Below, piece after piece: positions 24,148 to 34,700 of a stretch of 64,000 nt of DNA (position 1 is its first letter; each line of letters begins with the position of its first letter). This DNA comes from an uncultured Gammaproteobacteria bacterium. Lineage in GTDB: Bacteria > Pseudomonadota > Gammaproteobacteria > UBA9214. A model generated the notes under the pieces. The model ran no database searches, had not been told where the DNA came from, and saw only the letters and a program-made list of their open reading frames with translations. The stretch spans positions 62,368 to 126,367 of the forward strand of contig CAWHCQ010000035.1 of the NCBI GenBank assembly GCA_963827755.1, given 5' to 3'. A program made the position numbers and the translations under genes.

Positions 24148-26322
24148 CTAGCCGCGGTGTTTCGCATCGGCCGGTACACTGCGGGCGAAAGTGTCGCGCC
24201 CGGCGTCTTCGGTCTGCCCGAATACACTGCGCAGGTGAAGGTCGCGTTGCGGGAAGGGAATCTCGATCGCATATTCTTTCAGCTTCGATTCGATCTCCCA
24301 CAGGTAGGCCGCGGTTACGGAACCGGGACGCTTGACGGCTTCCGACGTCAGCCATACCACCAGTTCAAAATTGAGGCTGCTGTCGCCGAATTCGACGAAC
24401 CAGACCTGTGGCTGCCGCGAGCTGCCCTTTTTCAGCGTCCAGGGCACGTTTTCCGCCGCTTCGAGAGCGGCCTTTTTGACGAGCTCCTTGTCGGTACCGT
24501 AGGCCACGCCAAACGGTATGTGCGTCCGGCGGTAGGCTTCGCGCAACGTCCAGTTGATGACCCGCCCGCCGACGAATTCCGAGTTGGGAACCAGGATATC
24601 GATATTGTCATTGGTGGTGATCAGGGTGCTGCGCATGTTGATTTCCCTGACCTCACCGGTAACGCCGGATTCCAGTTCGACAAAATCGCCGACCTTGAGG
24701 CTTTTCTCGAACAGGATGATCAGCCCGGCGACGAAGTTGCTGATCAGCGTCTGCAGGCCAAAACCGATACCGACACCGAGTGCACTGGCGAACAGCGCGA
24801 ACTTGGTGAAATCGATGCCGATCGAGGACAGGCCGACGATGATGCCGATCGTCAGCAGCAGGTAATGCACCAGGCGTCCGAAGGTATACAGCGAACTCTG
24901 GTTCAGTCCGCCGCGCCGCTCGCCGACGCGCTGGATGGTACGGCGGATAATGCGCGACAGCCACAGTGTAACGGTCAGGATCAACACCACGCGCAGCAAA
25001 CCCAGCGCGGTGACCGGTGTTTCGTTGATCTCGAACATGCTCGTGCCGAGGAGATTGACGGTCGACCCCCCGGCCTTCACCAGGCTGCCCGATATGTCTG
25101 TCAGGCTGCGATTCCACCAGCCTTCACTGGCATGCAGCCGTGCAGTCAGCATCTGCACGACAAATTCATCCGTGGCCCTTTCCCGTTGCAGACGCCGCAG
25201 CAACTGCTCGGCCTGGTCCAGCTCCCGCGTTATATTGTCATTCAGTGCACGCGCGGCCGCCTTTGGTGCCGTCGAGGCGGACTCCGACAACATGCCGCGT
25301 ATACGTTCGATCACCTGCTTCCAGCGCTTGCGTTGATCGGCAATGGTGGTATCCAGCACCCCGAACTCCTCGATCTGCGCACGCACCGCCTTGTTATCAA
25401 CAGCCGGGTCGGCAGTCACCAGGCGAATCAATGACTGTGCATTCTGCGCGCGCAGGGCGCTCAGCTCGCCGATACGCGTCTCGATATCCCTGCGCACTGC
25501 AAGCAGTGCCGTGTACTGCGGCTCGACAAGGTCCTGCGACAAGGTGCCTGACTGTGCCTGAAGCGGATTGACGCGGTCTGCCTCCTCACGCAGCTTGTCG
25601 ATCCCCCGCTGCGCCTCACTGTACTCAAGCTCCCAGCGCTTCAACTCCTGCGGCGTGGCGATGAGACGCTCCGCGATGCCGTCCAGTTCTGAGCGCATGC
25701 GGGCGAGCCGTTCCTGGTTTTGTTTCAGCACGGTCTTGCGCCGTTCGATTTCCAGGCGCTGCAGCACCTGCGGCAGGCGCTTGCCCATCAGGTCAATACC
25801 CCGGGCAAGACGGTCCGGGGACTGCGCATCCATTTCAAGGTACTGGTTGCGCAGGCGGGACTGCTGCTTGCGCTGCTCGCCGAGGACGGTGCTCAACCAG
25901 CTGGTTTCCTCGGCTTCAGCGTCTACTTGCTGCTTTAACACCTGCCATTCGCCGAAGCGCTTCAGTGCATCATCGAGCGTGTAACTGTCCTGCGCTGTGA
26001 TTGCAGGCAGCGGCACCGGCTCGGCTGCACGTTTGTGTTCCAGGTAGCGATCGATATCGCCGTTAATCCTGTCGAGCTGCAGCGCCTCCTGTGTATTGCC
26101 CGTGGACCTCAGGCGCTTTTGCAGCGCACTGTAGAATGTTTTTGCCGCCGTTACACGCTTCGAAAGCGTCTCGAGGTCAAGCGGCTCTTTCGGTTCGAAA
26201 TAGGTCCACCAGTCACCCGGCAGGGCAGCCGGATCAGGTATCTCCGCCGCCGGCTCGTCTGCCGGGTACGCCGGACCGGCAAACGCCATCAGCAGCAGCA
26301 AGCCGAGCAGCCGGATGAGCAT
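24148..26322 (-). CDS. MscS-family channel with large periplasmic coiled-coil domain
   Basis: ALGVGIGFGLQTLISNFVAG, VPNSEF, GVAYGTD, FGDSSLNF, IPFPQRDLH; ATG 26322 overlaps the corA stop (TAATG). Confidence 0.92.
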   Translation of the reverse strand: MLIRLLGLLLLMAFAGPAYPADEPAAEIPDPAALPGDWWTYFEPKEPLDLETLSKRVTAAKTFYSALQKRLRSTGNTQEALQLDRINGDIDRYLEHKRAAEPVPLPAITAQDSYTLDDALKRFGEWQVLKQQVDAEAEETSWLSTVLGEQRKQQSRLRNQYLEMDAQSPDRLARGIDLMGKRLPQVLQRLEIERRKTVLKQNQERLARMRSELDGIAERLIATPQELKRWELEYSEAQRGIDKLREEADRVNPLQAQSGTLSQDLVEPQYTALLAVRRDIETRIGELSALRAQNAQSLIRLVTADPAVDNKAVRAQIEEFGVLDTTIADQRKRWKQVIERIRGMLSESASTAPKAAARALNDNITRELDQAEQLLRRLQRERATDEFVVQMLTARLHASEGWWNRSLTDISGSLVKAGGSTVNLLGTSMFEINETPVTALGLLRVVLILTVTLWLSRIIRRTIQRVGERRGGLNQSSLYTFGRLVHYLLLTIGIIVGLSSIGIDFTKFALFASALGVGIGFGLQTLISNFVAGLIILFEKSLKVGDFVELESGVTGEVREINMRSTLITTNDNIDILVPNSEFVGGRVINWTLREAYRRTHIPFGVAYGTDKELVKKAALEAAENVPWTLKKGSSRQPQVWFVEFGDSSLNFELVVWLTSEAVKRPGSVTAAYLWEIESKLKEYAIEIPFPQRDLHLRSVFGQTEDAGRDTFARSVPADAKHRG

Positions 26323-27294
26323 TACAGCCACTGCTTCTTGCGAAACACGGTCAGCAATATGACGACGATGCTGGTCATCAGGCCGAGCAAAATGTAATAG
26401 CCGGATTCGGAATGCAACTCGGGCATGTTCTCGAAGTTCATCCCGTAGATGCCGGCCAGAAAACTCAACGGCACGAAGATAGCCATCACCACCGTAAGCA
26501 CTTTCATGATCTGGTTCAGCCGGTGCGAGGATATCGATATGTAGCCATCGGCCAGGTCCGATGCAAGTTCGTAGTACAGGCAGGCGAGACTGTTGGCGCG
26601 TTCCTGCTGTTCATAGACGTCGATTATCTCGTGCAGGCGCCCGGCCTCGATACCGGGAAAGGTCCCGGACTTCAGTTCGCCGAGTATCTGCTGGTGATAG
26701 AGAAATACCCGCCTGAACTTCTTCAGCTCGCTTTTGTAATTTATAAGCTCGGCAAGCATGGAATCGTCAGCGTGGTGCATGATTTCATCTTCCAACTCAT
26801 CGAGACGCGGCTCAAGGTCGAGCAGGATCCTGAGATAACGGTCTACCGACATGCGCGACAGGCGTATCGCCAGCGCGGCCGGACCGCGGCTGCACAGCTC
26901 GATATCCTTTACAGCACGCTGAAACAGTGCATCGGTGCTGACCGACTCGGCACTGCGCCGCGTCACCAGGAACCGCTCGCCGATGAACATCGCCAGCTGG
27001 AATGTTGAAAAATGCAAATCCTGCGCATCGGCGCTCAGCGCCTTCAGCAGGATGAAGGTGAAACCGGTGAATGACTCCAGCTTGGGCGGGTGACGGCTGC
27101 GCTGCGCATCATCGATGGCCATCGGGTGCAGGCCGAAGTTGTCCTGCAGGAACTGTTTCTCCGCTGGCCTCGGGCTCGGCGAAACTGTCGAGCCAGATGC
27201 AGGTGTCCTTGTTCTGCTGCCAGACGCTCAGCAGCTCTGCCCCCCCACTGACGACTTCCTTGCTTGAACTGTTGTATAGAAGTGTTCGTATCAT
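26322..27294 (-). CDS. corA: CorA-family Mg2+/Co2+ transporter; frameshift near 27150
   Basis: IWLD, RHPPKLE, RLNQIMKVLT, GIYGMNFENMPEL (GMN motif). Confidence 0.9.
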
Positions 27295-27619
27295 TGCCTT
27301 TCAGCCCCCGTTTAAACGCCCCGGTACACTCGCTCGGCGCAAGTATAACCGTGGTGCATTGACCCAGTCACTTGAATTAGTCAGCCATAACGACACCCGT
27401 CAGTGGTATCCCGCCCCCTGGAGAAAGCCACAGTCAGGCTATGGATTCGGCTCTCGCAAGACCACCGGCTCACCCTGCCCTGCCCTGCTGCTTCCGCTCA
27501 AACGGGTTCTGGTACAGCTCGCGGTGTACGTGTAGGCTATCGCCTGGCCGATATCCCTGACACTACCTGCCGGGCACCGACCCTGCCTTCCTATTCTGAA
27601 CAACGTGGATCCATTCATT

Positions 27620-28966
27620 ATGCACGACACAACCATCAACCTGATTGCCGTGGTACTGCTGCTGACAGCCAACGGCTTCTTCGTCGCCGCCGAATTTTCG
27701 CTGGTCAAGGCAAGGGGCTTTCGCCTCGAGAGCTACGCAGAGGGAGGCAGCGCCAGCGCGCGGCTGACGCTGCGTATCCAGGCCAACCTGGAGAGTTACC
27801 TGGCCGCCTGCCAGCTCGGCATCACCATGGCCTCGCTCGGTCTTGGCTGGGTGGGCGAGCCGGCCGCCGCGGCACTGCTGGAACCCCTGTTCACCAGGGC
27901 GGGTATACCGGATGCAATCCTGCATACCGTTTCATTCGTGACCGGGTTCCTGGTTTTTTCTTCGCTGCACATCGTGGTCGGCGAGCAGGTGCCGAAGACC
28001 TTCGCCATTCGCCGTGCCGAACCGGTCGCGGTGTGGTGCGCCTACCCCCTGCACGCGACCTACCTGCTGGTGTATCCGCTCAACTGGCTGCTGAACGTCA
28101 GCTCGCGCTCCATCCTGTCACTGTTCAATGTCGAAGAGGTCTCGCATGCCGACGTGCTCAGCGGTAAGGAACTCCAGGGACTGGTGCAGACCTCGCACGA
28201 GCACGGTGAAATCGAGGTCAACAAGGCGAACATGCTGCACAACCTGTTCGAATTCGACCAGCGCAATGTCGGGCGCGTGATGATCCCGCGCAGCTCCATG
28301 GGGGTGCTGGATGTCAGCGCACCGCCCGAGAATAACCTCGCCATTATCCGCGACAGCGGGCACTCGCGTTTCCCGGTTATCAATGGCAGCGGCGACGAGG
28401 AGGTGCTGGGTATCGTGCTGGCCAAGGACCTGCACACCGCCGTACTCAGCGGTGAAAACGAACCCTGGCGCAACCTGCAGGCATTCTGCCGCGAACCGCT
28501 GATGGTGCCGGAAAGCCAGAAGGTCTCCGCGCTGTTCGAGAGTATGCGCCGACACCGCGCGCACATGGCCTTTGTCATCGACGAGTACGGCGCGCTTGCC
28601 GGTATCGTCACGCTGGAGGACCTGCTTGAAGAGATCGTCGGTGAGATCGAGGACGAGACCGACGTGGATGACGAAACCAGCATACTCAGTGAAATTGACG
28701 CCGACAGCTGGCGCGCCGACGGCCTGCTGTCCCTCACCGATGTCGAACGCGCCATCGGCCTCAGGGTACCTACCGAACTCGACGCCAACACCCTGTCGGG
28801 GCTGTTAATGCAGCGCCTGTCGCGCATGCCTGAGCCCGGTGACCAGATTTCCGAAGGTGAATTCCGCCTGACGGTGGAGACATTGAACGACAACCGTGTC
28901 GGGCAATTGCTGATTGAACGTCTTACGGAGGAAGTAACCGAAGACGCCCCCGCGGCGGATGACTGA
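27620..28966 (+). CDS. CNNM(DUF21)-CBS-CorC/HlyC protein (CorB/hemolysin-like Mg2+ transport-related)
   Basis: ANGFFVAAEFSLV, CQLGITMASLGLGWVGEP, GEQVPK, HSRFPV, IDEYGALAGIVTLEDLLEEIVGEI, C-terminal CorC domain. Confidence 0.92.
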   Translation: MHDTTINLIAVVLLLTANGFFVAAEFSLVKARGFRLESYAEGGSASARLTLRIQANLESYLAACQLGITMASLGLGWVGEPAAAALLEPLFTRAGIPDAILHTVSFVTGFLVFSSLHIVVGEQVPKTFAIRRAEPVAVWCAYPLHATYLLVYPLNWLLNVSSRSILSLFNVEEVSHADVLSGKELQGLVQTSHEHGEIEVNKANMLHNLFEFDQRNVGRVMIPRSSMGVLDVSAPPENNLAIIRDSGHSRFPVINGSGDEEVLGIVLAKDLHTAVLSGENEPWRNLQAFCREPLMVPESQKVSALFESMRRHRAHMAFVIDEYGALAGIVTLEDLLEEIVGEIEDETDVDDETSILSEIDADSWRADGLLSLTDVERAIGLRVPTELDANTLSGLLMQRLSRMPEPGDQISEGEFRLTVETLNDNRVGQLLIERLTEEVTEDAPAADD

Positions 28967-29010
28967 GCAGCAACAAGCGGGGCGGTAGATCCCGGCGCCT
29001 GCGGCAGGCA

Positions 29011-30054
29011 TCACCCTACAGGGTCTATTTCATCTTCAAGCTGCTCGGAAGGCGTCAGGTATTCATGCAGCGTCTCGACCTGCTGGGCAACCGCCCCGAC
29101 ACGCCGGAAACGGGCAATATGAAACAGTGCTTCCCCCTCGTAGACCAGCGGCAGGTGTGTACGGCCGATGAGGATACCGTTATCGGGCGCCACCACCACG
29201 TGTTCCGAATTCACCAGCGGTGCGGCAATATGCCCGATCACATCACCTTTTGCGACGCGGGCACCCAGCTTGATACCCGACCACAGGATCCCGCTTTCAG
29301 GCGCCCTCACCCACGCGGAACTTCGGGCAATAACGGGCTCTACCCGGTGTCCCTTGTTTTTCGACTTCGGGATCATGCCCAGTACACGCATGACACTGAG
29401 CACGCCTCGCAGCCCCGCCCGAATCGCAACCTCGTCGAAGCGCAGCGCCTCCCCGGCTTCGTAGAGCAGCATCGGAATGCCCGCATCGGCGGCCGCCGCA
29501 CGCAGGGACCCGTCCCTGAGATCCGCATTGATGAGTACGGGGGTCCCGAATGCCTCGGCCAGCGCAAGGGTTTCAGGATCGTCGAGGTTTGCACGAACCT
29601 GCGGCAGGTTATCCCGATGGACCGCCCCGGTATGCAGATCAACCCCGTGCGTGCAGTTCGCCACGATTTCGTGCATGAAGAGGTGTGCAATGCGGGCCGC
29701 CATGGAGCCGCGGTTGCTGCCGGGAAAGCTGCGATTCAGATCGCGCCGGTCCGGCAGGTAACGGGAACGGTGCAGCAGGCCGTGCACGTTGACCACGGGT
29801 ACCGCGATGAGCGCACCGCGCAGCCGTTTCAGCGAGGAGTGGTGCAGCAGACGGCGAATGATTTCGACACCGTTCAGTTCGTCGCCATGAATGGCCGCGC
29901 TGACAAACAGGCGCGGGCCGTCATGGCGACCGTTGATGACATCCACCGGCATGGATAGATCGGCGTGCGTATACAGGCGGCCGACGGGAAGGTTGATGAT
30001 CTTGCGCTCGCCCGGCGCGACCGCATGCCCCCCGATTGTGATCGCTTCGTTCAA
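29011..30054 (-). CDS. succinylglutamate desuccinylase/aspartoacylase family (M14 Zn deacylase), RimK-associated
   Basis: [36 protein letters not shown]-terminal biotinyl-like barrel; start overlaps the rimK stop. Confidence 0.9.
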   Translation of the reverse strand: MNEAITIGGHAVAPGERKIINLPVGRLYTHADLSMPVDVINGRHDGPRLFVSAAIHGDELNGVEIIRRLLHHSSLKRLRGALIAVPVVNVHGLLHRSRYLPDRRDLNRSFPGSNRGSMAARIAHLFMHEIVANCTHGVDLHTGAVHRDNLPQVRANLDDPETLALAEAFGTPVLINADLRDGSLRAAAADAGIPMLLYEAGEALRFDEVAIRAGLRGVLSVMRVLGMIPKSKNKGHRVEPVIARSSAWVRAPESGILWSGIKLGARVAKGDVIGHIAAPLVNSEHVVVAPDNGILIGRTHLPLVYEGEALFHIARFRRVGAVAQQVETLHEYLTPSEQLEDEIDPVG

Positions 30055-30956
30055 CCCTTGCCCCGTGTAGCCGTGCGGTCGTGCTTGGCGTTCTTCTCGA
30101 TGAACGCGATAATGAGATCCGCCACATCCTTGCCGGTGGCCTCCTCGATTCCATGCAGGCCGGGTGAAGAGTTCACTTCCATCACCAGCGGTCCGTGATT
30201 CGAACGCAGCAGGTCCACGCCGGAAACGTTCAGGCCCATCTTGCGTGCCGCGCGTACGGCAGTCGAACGCTCTTCCGGTGTCAGTTTGACGATTCTTGCC
30301 GAACCGCCGCGGTGCAGGTTCGAGCGGAATTCACCTTCCTTGGCCTGGCGCTGCATGGCGGCAACGACCCTGTCGCCGATGACGAAGGCGCGAATGTCCG
30401 CACCGCCGGCTTCCTTGATGAACTCCTGCACGAGGAAGTTGGCATTCAGTTCGCGGAAGGCATCGATCAGGCTCTCCGCCGCCTTCTGCGTCTCGGCAAG
30501 CACCACGCCCTTGCCCTGCGTTCCTTCGAGAAGCTTGACGACCAGCGGCGCCCCGTTGACCAGCTTGATCAGGTCCAGGGTACTGTCCGGCATGCTGGCA
30601 AAGCCGGTCAGCGGCAGGCCGATGCCGGCGCGCGACATGATCTGCAGCGAGCGCAGCTTGTCGCGCGAGCGGGTAATGGCGACCGATTCGTTCAGCGGGT
30701 AGGCGCCCATCATCTCGAACTGGCGCAGCACTGAAGCACCATAAAACGTGATGGACGCACCGATGCGCGGAATGACCGCATCGAAGGGCTCCAGTTTGTC
30801 GCCCTTGTAATGCACGCTGGGGCGCATGGTTGCGATATCCATGTAGCATTTCAGGGTATCCAGCACCCGGACTTCATGGCCACGCTTCTTCGCAGCCTCC
30901 ACCAGACGGCTGGTCGAATAGAGCTTGGCGTTACGCGATAGTATGGCAATTCTCAT
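30051..30956 (-). CDS. rimK: RimK alpha-L-glutamate ligase (ATP-grasp)
   Basis: [68 protein letters not shown]; AAGGAG RBS 7 nt before ATG 30956. Confidence 0.96.
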   Translation of the reverse strand: MRIAILSRNAKLYSTSRLVEAAKKRGHEVRVLDTLKCYMDIATMRPSVHYKGDKLEPFDAVIPRIGASITFYGASVLRQFEMMGAYPLNESVAITRSRDKLRSLQIMSRAGIGLPLTGFASMPDSTLDLIKLVNGAPLVVKLLEGTQGKGVVLAETQKAAESLIDAFRELNANFLVQEFIKEAGGADIRAFVIGDRVVAAMQRQAKEGEFRSNLHRGGSARIVKLTPEERSTAVRAARKMGLNVSGVDLLRSNHGPLVMEVNSSPGLHGIEEATGKDVADLIIAFIEKNAKHDRTATRGKG

Positions 30957-31448
30957 GGTTGTTCTCCTTTCTTGTTTTTCGACGCCGGCATTCTTTTTAC
31001 CCTGCAGATAAGAGGCAGCGGGATCGACGAGAAACCGCTTCAACAGCGCAGTACGTCCAAGCAGCATTCTGAAACGCATGGTATCACGACTGGTCAGGGT
31101 CACCTCGATGCGCCACATCGCACCACCGAGCTGTGCCGCCGTCTCTATGACATAGCGCTCCTCGGCATGTCCGCCGGAGTCGGTCACCAGCCGGCGGTCA
31201 TGGACAGGCGCCTCGCAATCCACGACGCGATCCGCCCGACGCTGGAAGGGATGCACGCCAAAGCGCACCCATTCGGATCCTTCCCGCTCGAACGGCTCAA
31301 CGTAAAAGGCATGCAAGGCAGAGGTACGTGCACCCGTATCTATTTTTACCTTGAGCCGCTTGATGCCCAGTTCAGGCAAGCTTATCCATTCACGCCAGCC
31401 AATGACGGGTATATCGATGCGTCCCTTGTCGGTTTCATTTGAACTCAT
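30953..31448 (-). CDS. rimB: RimB-like retropepsin-fold ('ATP-dependent Zn') protease; reads in-frame into rimK as sequenced
   Basis: [55 protein letters not shown]. Confidence 0.88.
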
Positions 31449-31596
31449 GGTGAATATCAACCTGTATTTACCGCCGCATAGTGCGCGCGCATGCCCCCGT
31501 CAGGCAAGCTATATTTCAGCATACGGCAGGAATAATTTTCCGGCATAAAATCCGCCTTTCCGTCACAGCCAGTTATTATTCAAGTGCTATTGATGA

Positions 31597-31725
31597 GAGG
31601 TCGCCTACCAGTACACGATCGCCGTGATCGCGCTCTCACTGCTGCTCAGCCCGTTCTGGATTCGGGGTGCACGCAAGCTGCTCAAGGTAGACTACCCCGC
31701 GCTTGTTCAGCCGTTAGCGGATTAG
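31597..31725 (+). pseudogene. probable 3' remnant of a CPA2-type cation:proton antiporter gene
   Basis: Startless frame EVAYQYTIAVIALSLLLSPFWIRGARKLLKVDYPALVQPLAD*; resembles the last TM helix of CPA2 antiporters (recalled, not searched). Confidence 0.45.
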
Positions 31726-31770
31726 CGCCGCCAGCAGCACAGCAGCCGGGAAACCCGGCGCGTCGCCGGC

Positions 31771-34700
31771 CTAGTCGTTCTCCAGCGAATACAACAGGTC
31801 GGCCCCGCTGACAAGGCCGGTTTCCGTTTGCACCGTCCAGCGCCTGGACAGGGTGTAGCGCATGCGGAAGGTGCTCGACTGATCGAACAGACCCGCGGCA
31901 TAACTGACATAGAGGCGCGGAGAAAGGTACTTGCCCAGCACCAGCGAAGATTCCTCCAGGGTATCGCCGGACTCGATGCGCACGTCTTCAATGCCAAAGG
32001 CATCCCCCAGCTTGCTGGCCAGCATATCGCCCCCCGTCAGGCCCAGGGAAGCCGCCGCACCGGACAATGCCGCGCCCTGTGCACTGGTCGCCCTGTTGGT
32101 GGGTACGCCAAGCAGCAGGTAGGAAAGCATGTCGGACTGTTCCATCGCCGGGTCGGAGAACAGGGCCAGCTTCGGTGAGTCGGCGGTACCGGTGACGCGC
32201 ACCCCGGCGAGCACGTCACCGGTCTCGCGCACAATCCGCATATCCAGGCCCGGGTTTTCCACGGGTCCGCCGGCAAACACCAGCCGGCCTTTTTCGATCT
32301 CCAGTTTCTGACCGTAGAGCTTGTAGCTGCCATCGATAATATTCAGCTCGCCCTGGCCCCGGGTTACCTTGCCCGGTTCCTCGAGGATATCCAGCTTGCC
32401 CTGGATATTACCGTCCAGGCCGAAGCCGGAAAAACTCACCTTGTCCTCCAGTACCAGGCTGACCCGGCTATACACCTGGTATTTTCCCGCTGCGACCGCC
32501 GTCTCTTCCTGCCCTGTCACCACCAGGTCGCTGGATTCCTTCGCCACGCCTTTCAGTTCCCGCAAGCGGATCTGTGCCTCGGGAACACGTACCGTCCCGC
32601 TGATATCCAGGCGCTGCTGCCGCAAGGCCAGTTTCAGATCCGGCGATGCAAACAGGGTGGCTTGCGGAATATTGACCAGCTGAACATTGGTGCCGCTGAC
32701 CGCCAGGTCCATGCTTGACGGTACACCCTTCTGTAACAGCAGTTGTCCCTGGAAAGACGCCACGCCTTCGCCGGATGTCACGGAACCCTGCAAGGCGATG
32801 CTGTTGCCGTCGCCACTGACCTGCATGTTCGCGTCCTTCAGTTGCAGGCCCAGTTGCGGCACAGATACCTCGGCATTTTTCAGGGTAGCGGTGCCATCAA
32901 GCCGCGGGTTCCCCAGGGTGCCGCTGATCGCGAGGTCGCCGTCGACCTGACCCTTGCTGGTACTGATATCCGGAACAAATACGGAAATCAGCCCGTTGTC
33001 GGTGAAGTTGAGTTTGAAAGCGGAGGCGATCGTGGTTTGGGGCGAGAACCAGCCGGCACTGGAAACGACATTGCCCAGGCGCAGCTGCCCGCTGACACCG
33101 CCATTATCCTGCAAGGGCAGATCCAGCTCCCCGTTGAGTTCGTTGTTTTGCAACCGGGCGCTGATGTGGCTCTGGCCGAAGTTTGCGAGCACCAGGGTCT
33201 CCTCGCCGTCATCCAGGGTGATGCCACCGGCTGCAAGTTCCAGCCTTGCCGTGCCCTGCACACCGCTGCTGTCTGACCGGGCGCGCAGTTGCAGGCCGGC
33301 GCTGCTGTCGAGGGCAATATCCTGTTCCAGCCAGGGCTTCAATAACGCCAGCGGCAACTGGTCCCCGTCCAGGGCCGCCGTCCAGCCGGCGGGCTGCCAG
33401 TCAGCCTCGGCGCAGAGTCGTGCATCGGCCTGCAACATGCACAGGGACTTTACTGCAGCACTGCTGCGCGCCACGCTAAAGGCCGCCGGCTGCTGCAGGG
33501 CCCAGTTTTGCGCAACGGGATCCTCCAGCCGTAATTCCTGCAGGGTACCGGACCAGGTCTGTGCCTGCAGGCTTGCCGTGAGGTTCCCGGCAAGCTGCCG
33601 CTTCTCCTGTTGCAGCGTAAACCGAATCACGTGCCGGGACTGCTTGCCGTCCGCAGTCAGGCTCACGCTGTCGACGGACTGATTATTGACCTCGATCCCA
33701 TCCCCCTTGATATCGATTTTCGAAACCAGCCGGTCGGCCAGATCCACATCGACCCCGGCCCGCAGGGAATCCAGCCTGAACCCCTGCGTGCGCACTCGGC
33801 TGCCGTCCAGGCCTGCAATGATCCGCGGCGTGTCCCGCGGACCCGAGAGACTGCCCTGCCCCTGCAGAACACCCTTTGCACCGGGCAGCAGCAGACCCAT
33901 GTCCTGCGTGCTGATGTCCCATTGCATGTTCCAGTCTTCATCCAGGCTGCCGCTTGCAGACAGCCGCGTCGAACCCGCTGCAAAGACCGCCTCTGCAATC
34001 GTCACATTGTTACCCCTGAAACTCGCGCTGGTCTTGCCGCTCACGGGCTGTCCCTGCAGGGTGCCGGCAACATCATCAATGACCAGGCTGCCCTGCAGGC
34101 CTTCATCCAGCCGGCTGGCGTCGGTCTGCAGCCTGAAAGACAGCCTGCCGTCCCTGCCGGGAACGAAGAATGCAGGGTCGAACTCGCGGACATTGGCCAG
34201 CAGTTTCCATTCCAGGGCCGGCTGCCAGGCGACGGAACCGGATGTATCGAAGGAACCCCGGGTGCTTTCACCCTGCAACTGCTCCAGCTCGATGCGTTGC
34301 CGGTTGCCGCTGCCCTGTGCCGTCAGCACAAGCTGCGGATAGCCGGTGCTTTCCAGGAGGCCGTTACCCTGGAAGCGATAATCGTCCAGGCGACCTTCCA
34401 GCAGCAGCTCGCCGGAGGCACTGCGCAACGACTGTTGCGCCGACAGTTGCCAGGCAAGCTCGCTCCAGTTTGCCCTGGCGAATAATTCCCCGCCTGCAGC
34501 AAACTCACCGTTGACGTGCAGCGTGCCCGGGTGTTGCGGGTTGCGCAGCTCCAGGCGCTGCAGGCGCCACTGGTCAGCGGCGCGGGAGAGTTGCACATCG
34601 GCAGTGAGCTCGCCAAATGCCGGGTCCGTCACCCGGGCATGACCCTCGATGGTGAAGCGCTCCAGTTCCCCGCTGCCGCTCAAATCAGCCGCCAGCACAC

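Noticed and set aside
27295-27619. Possible Mg2+-sensing leader between the divergent corA and CNNM genes
   Set aside because: No recognisable riboswitch consensus or leader peptide by eye.
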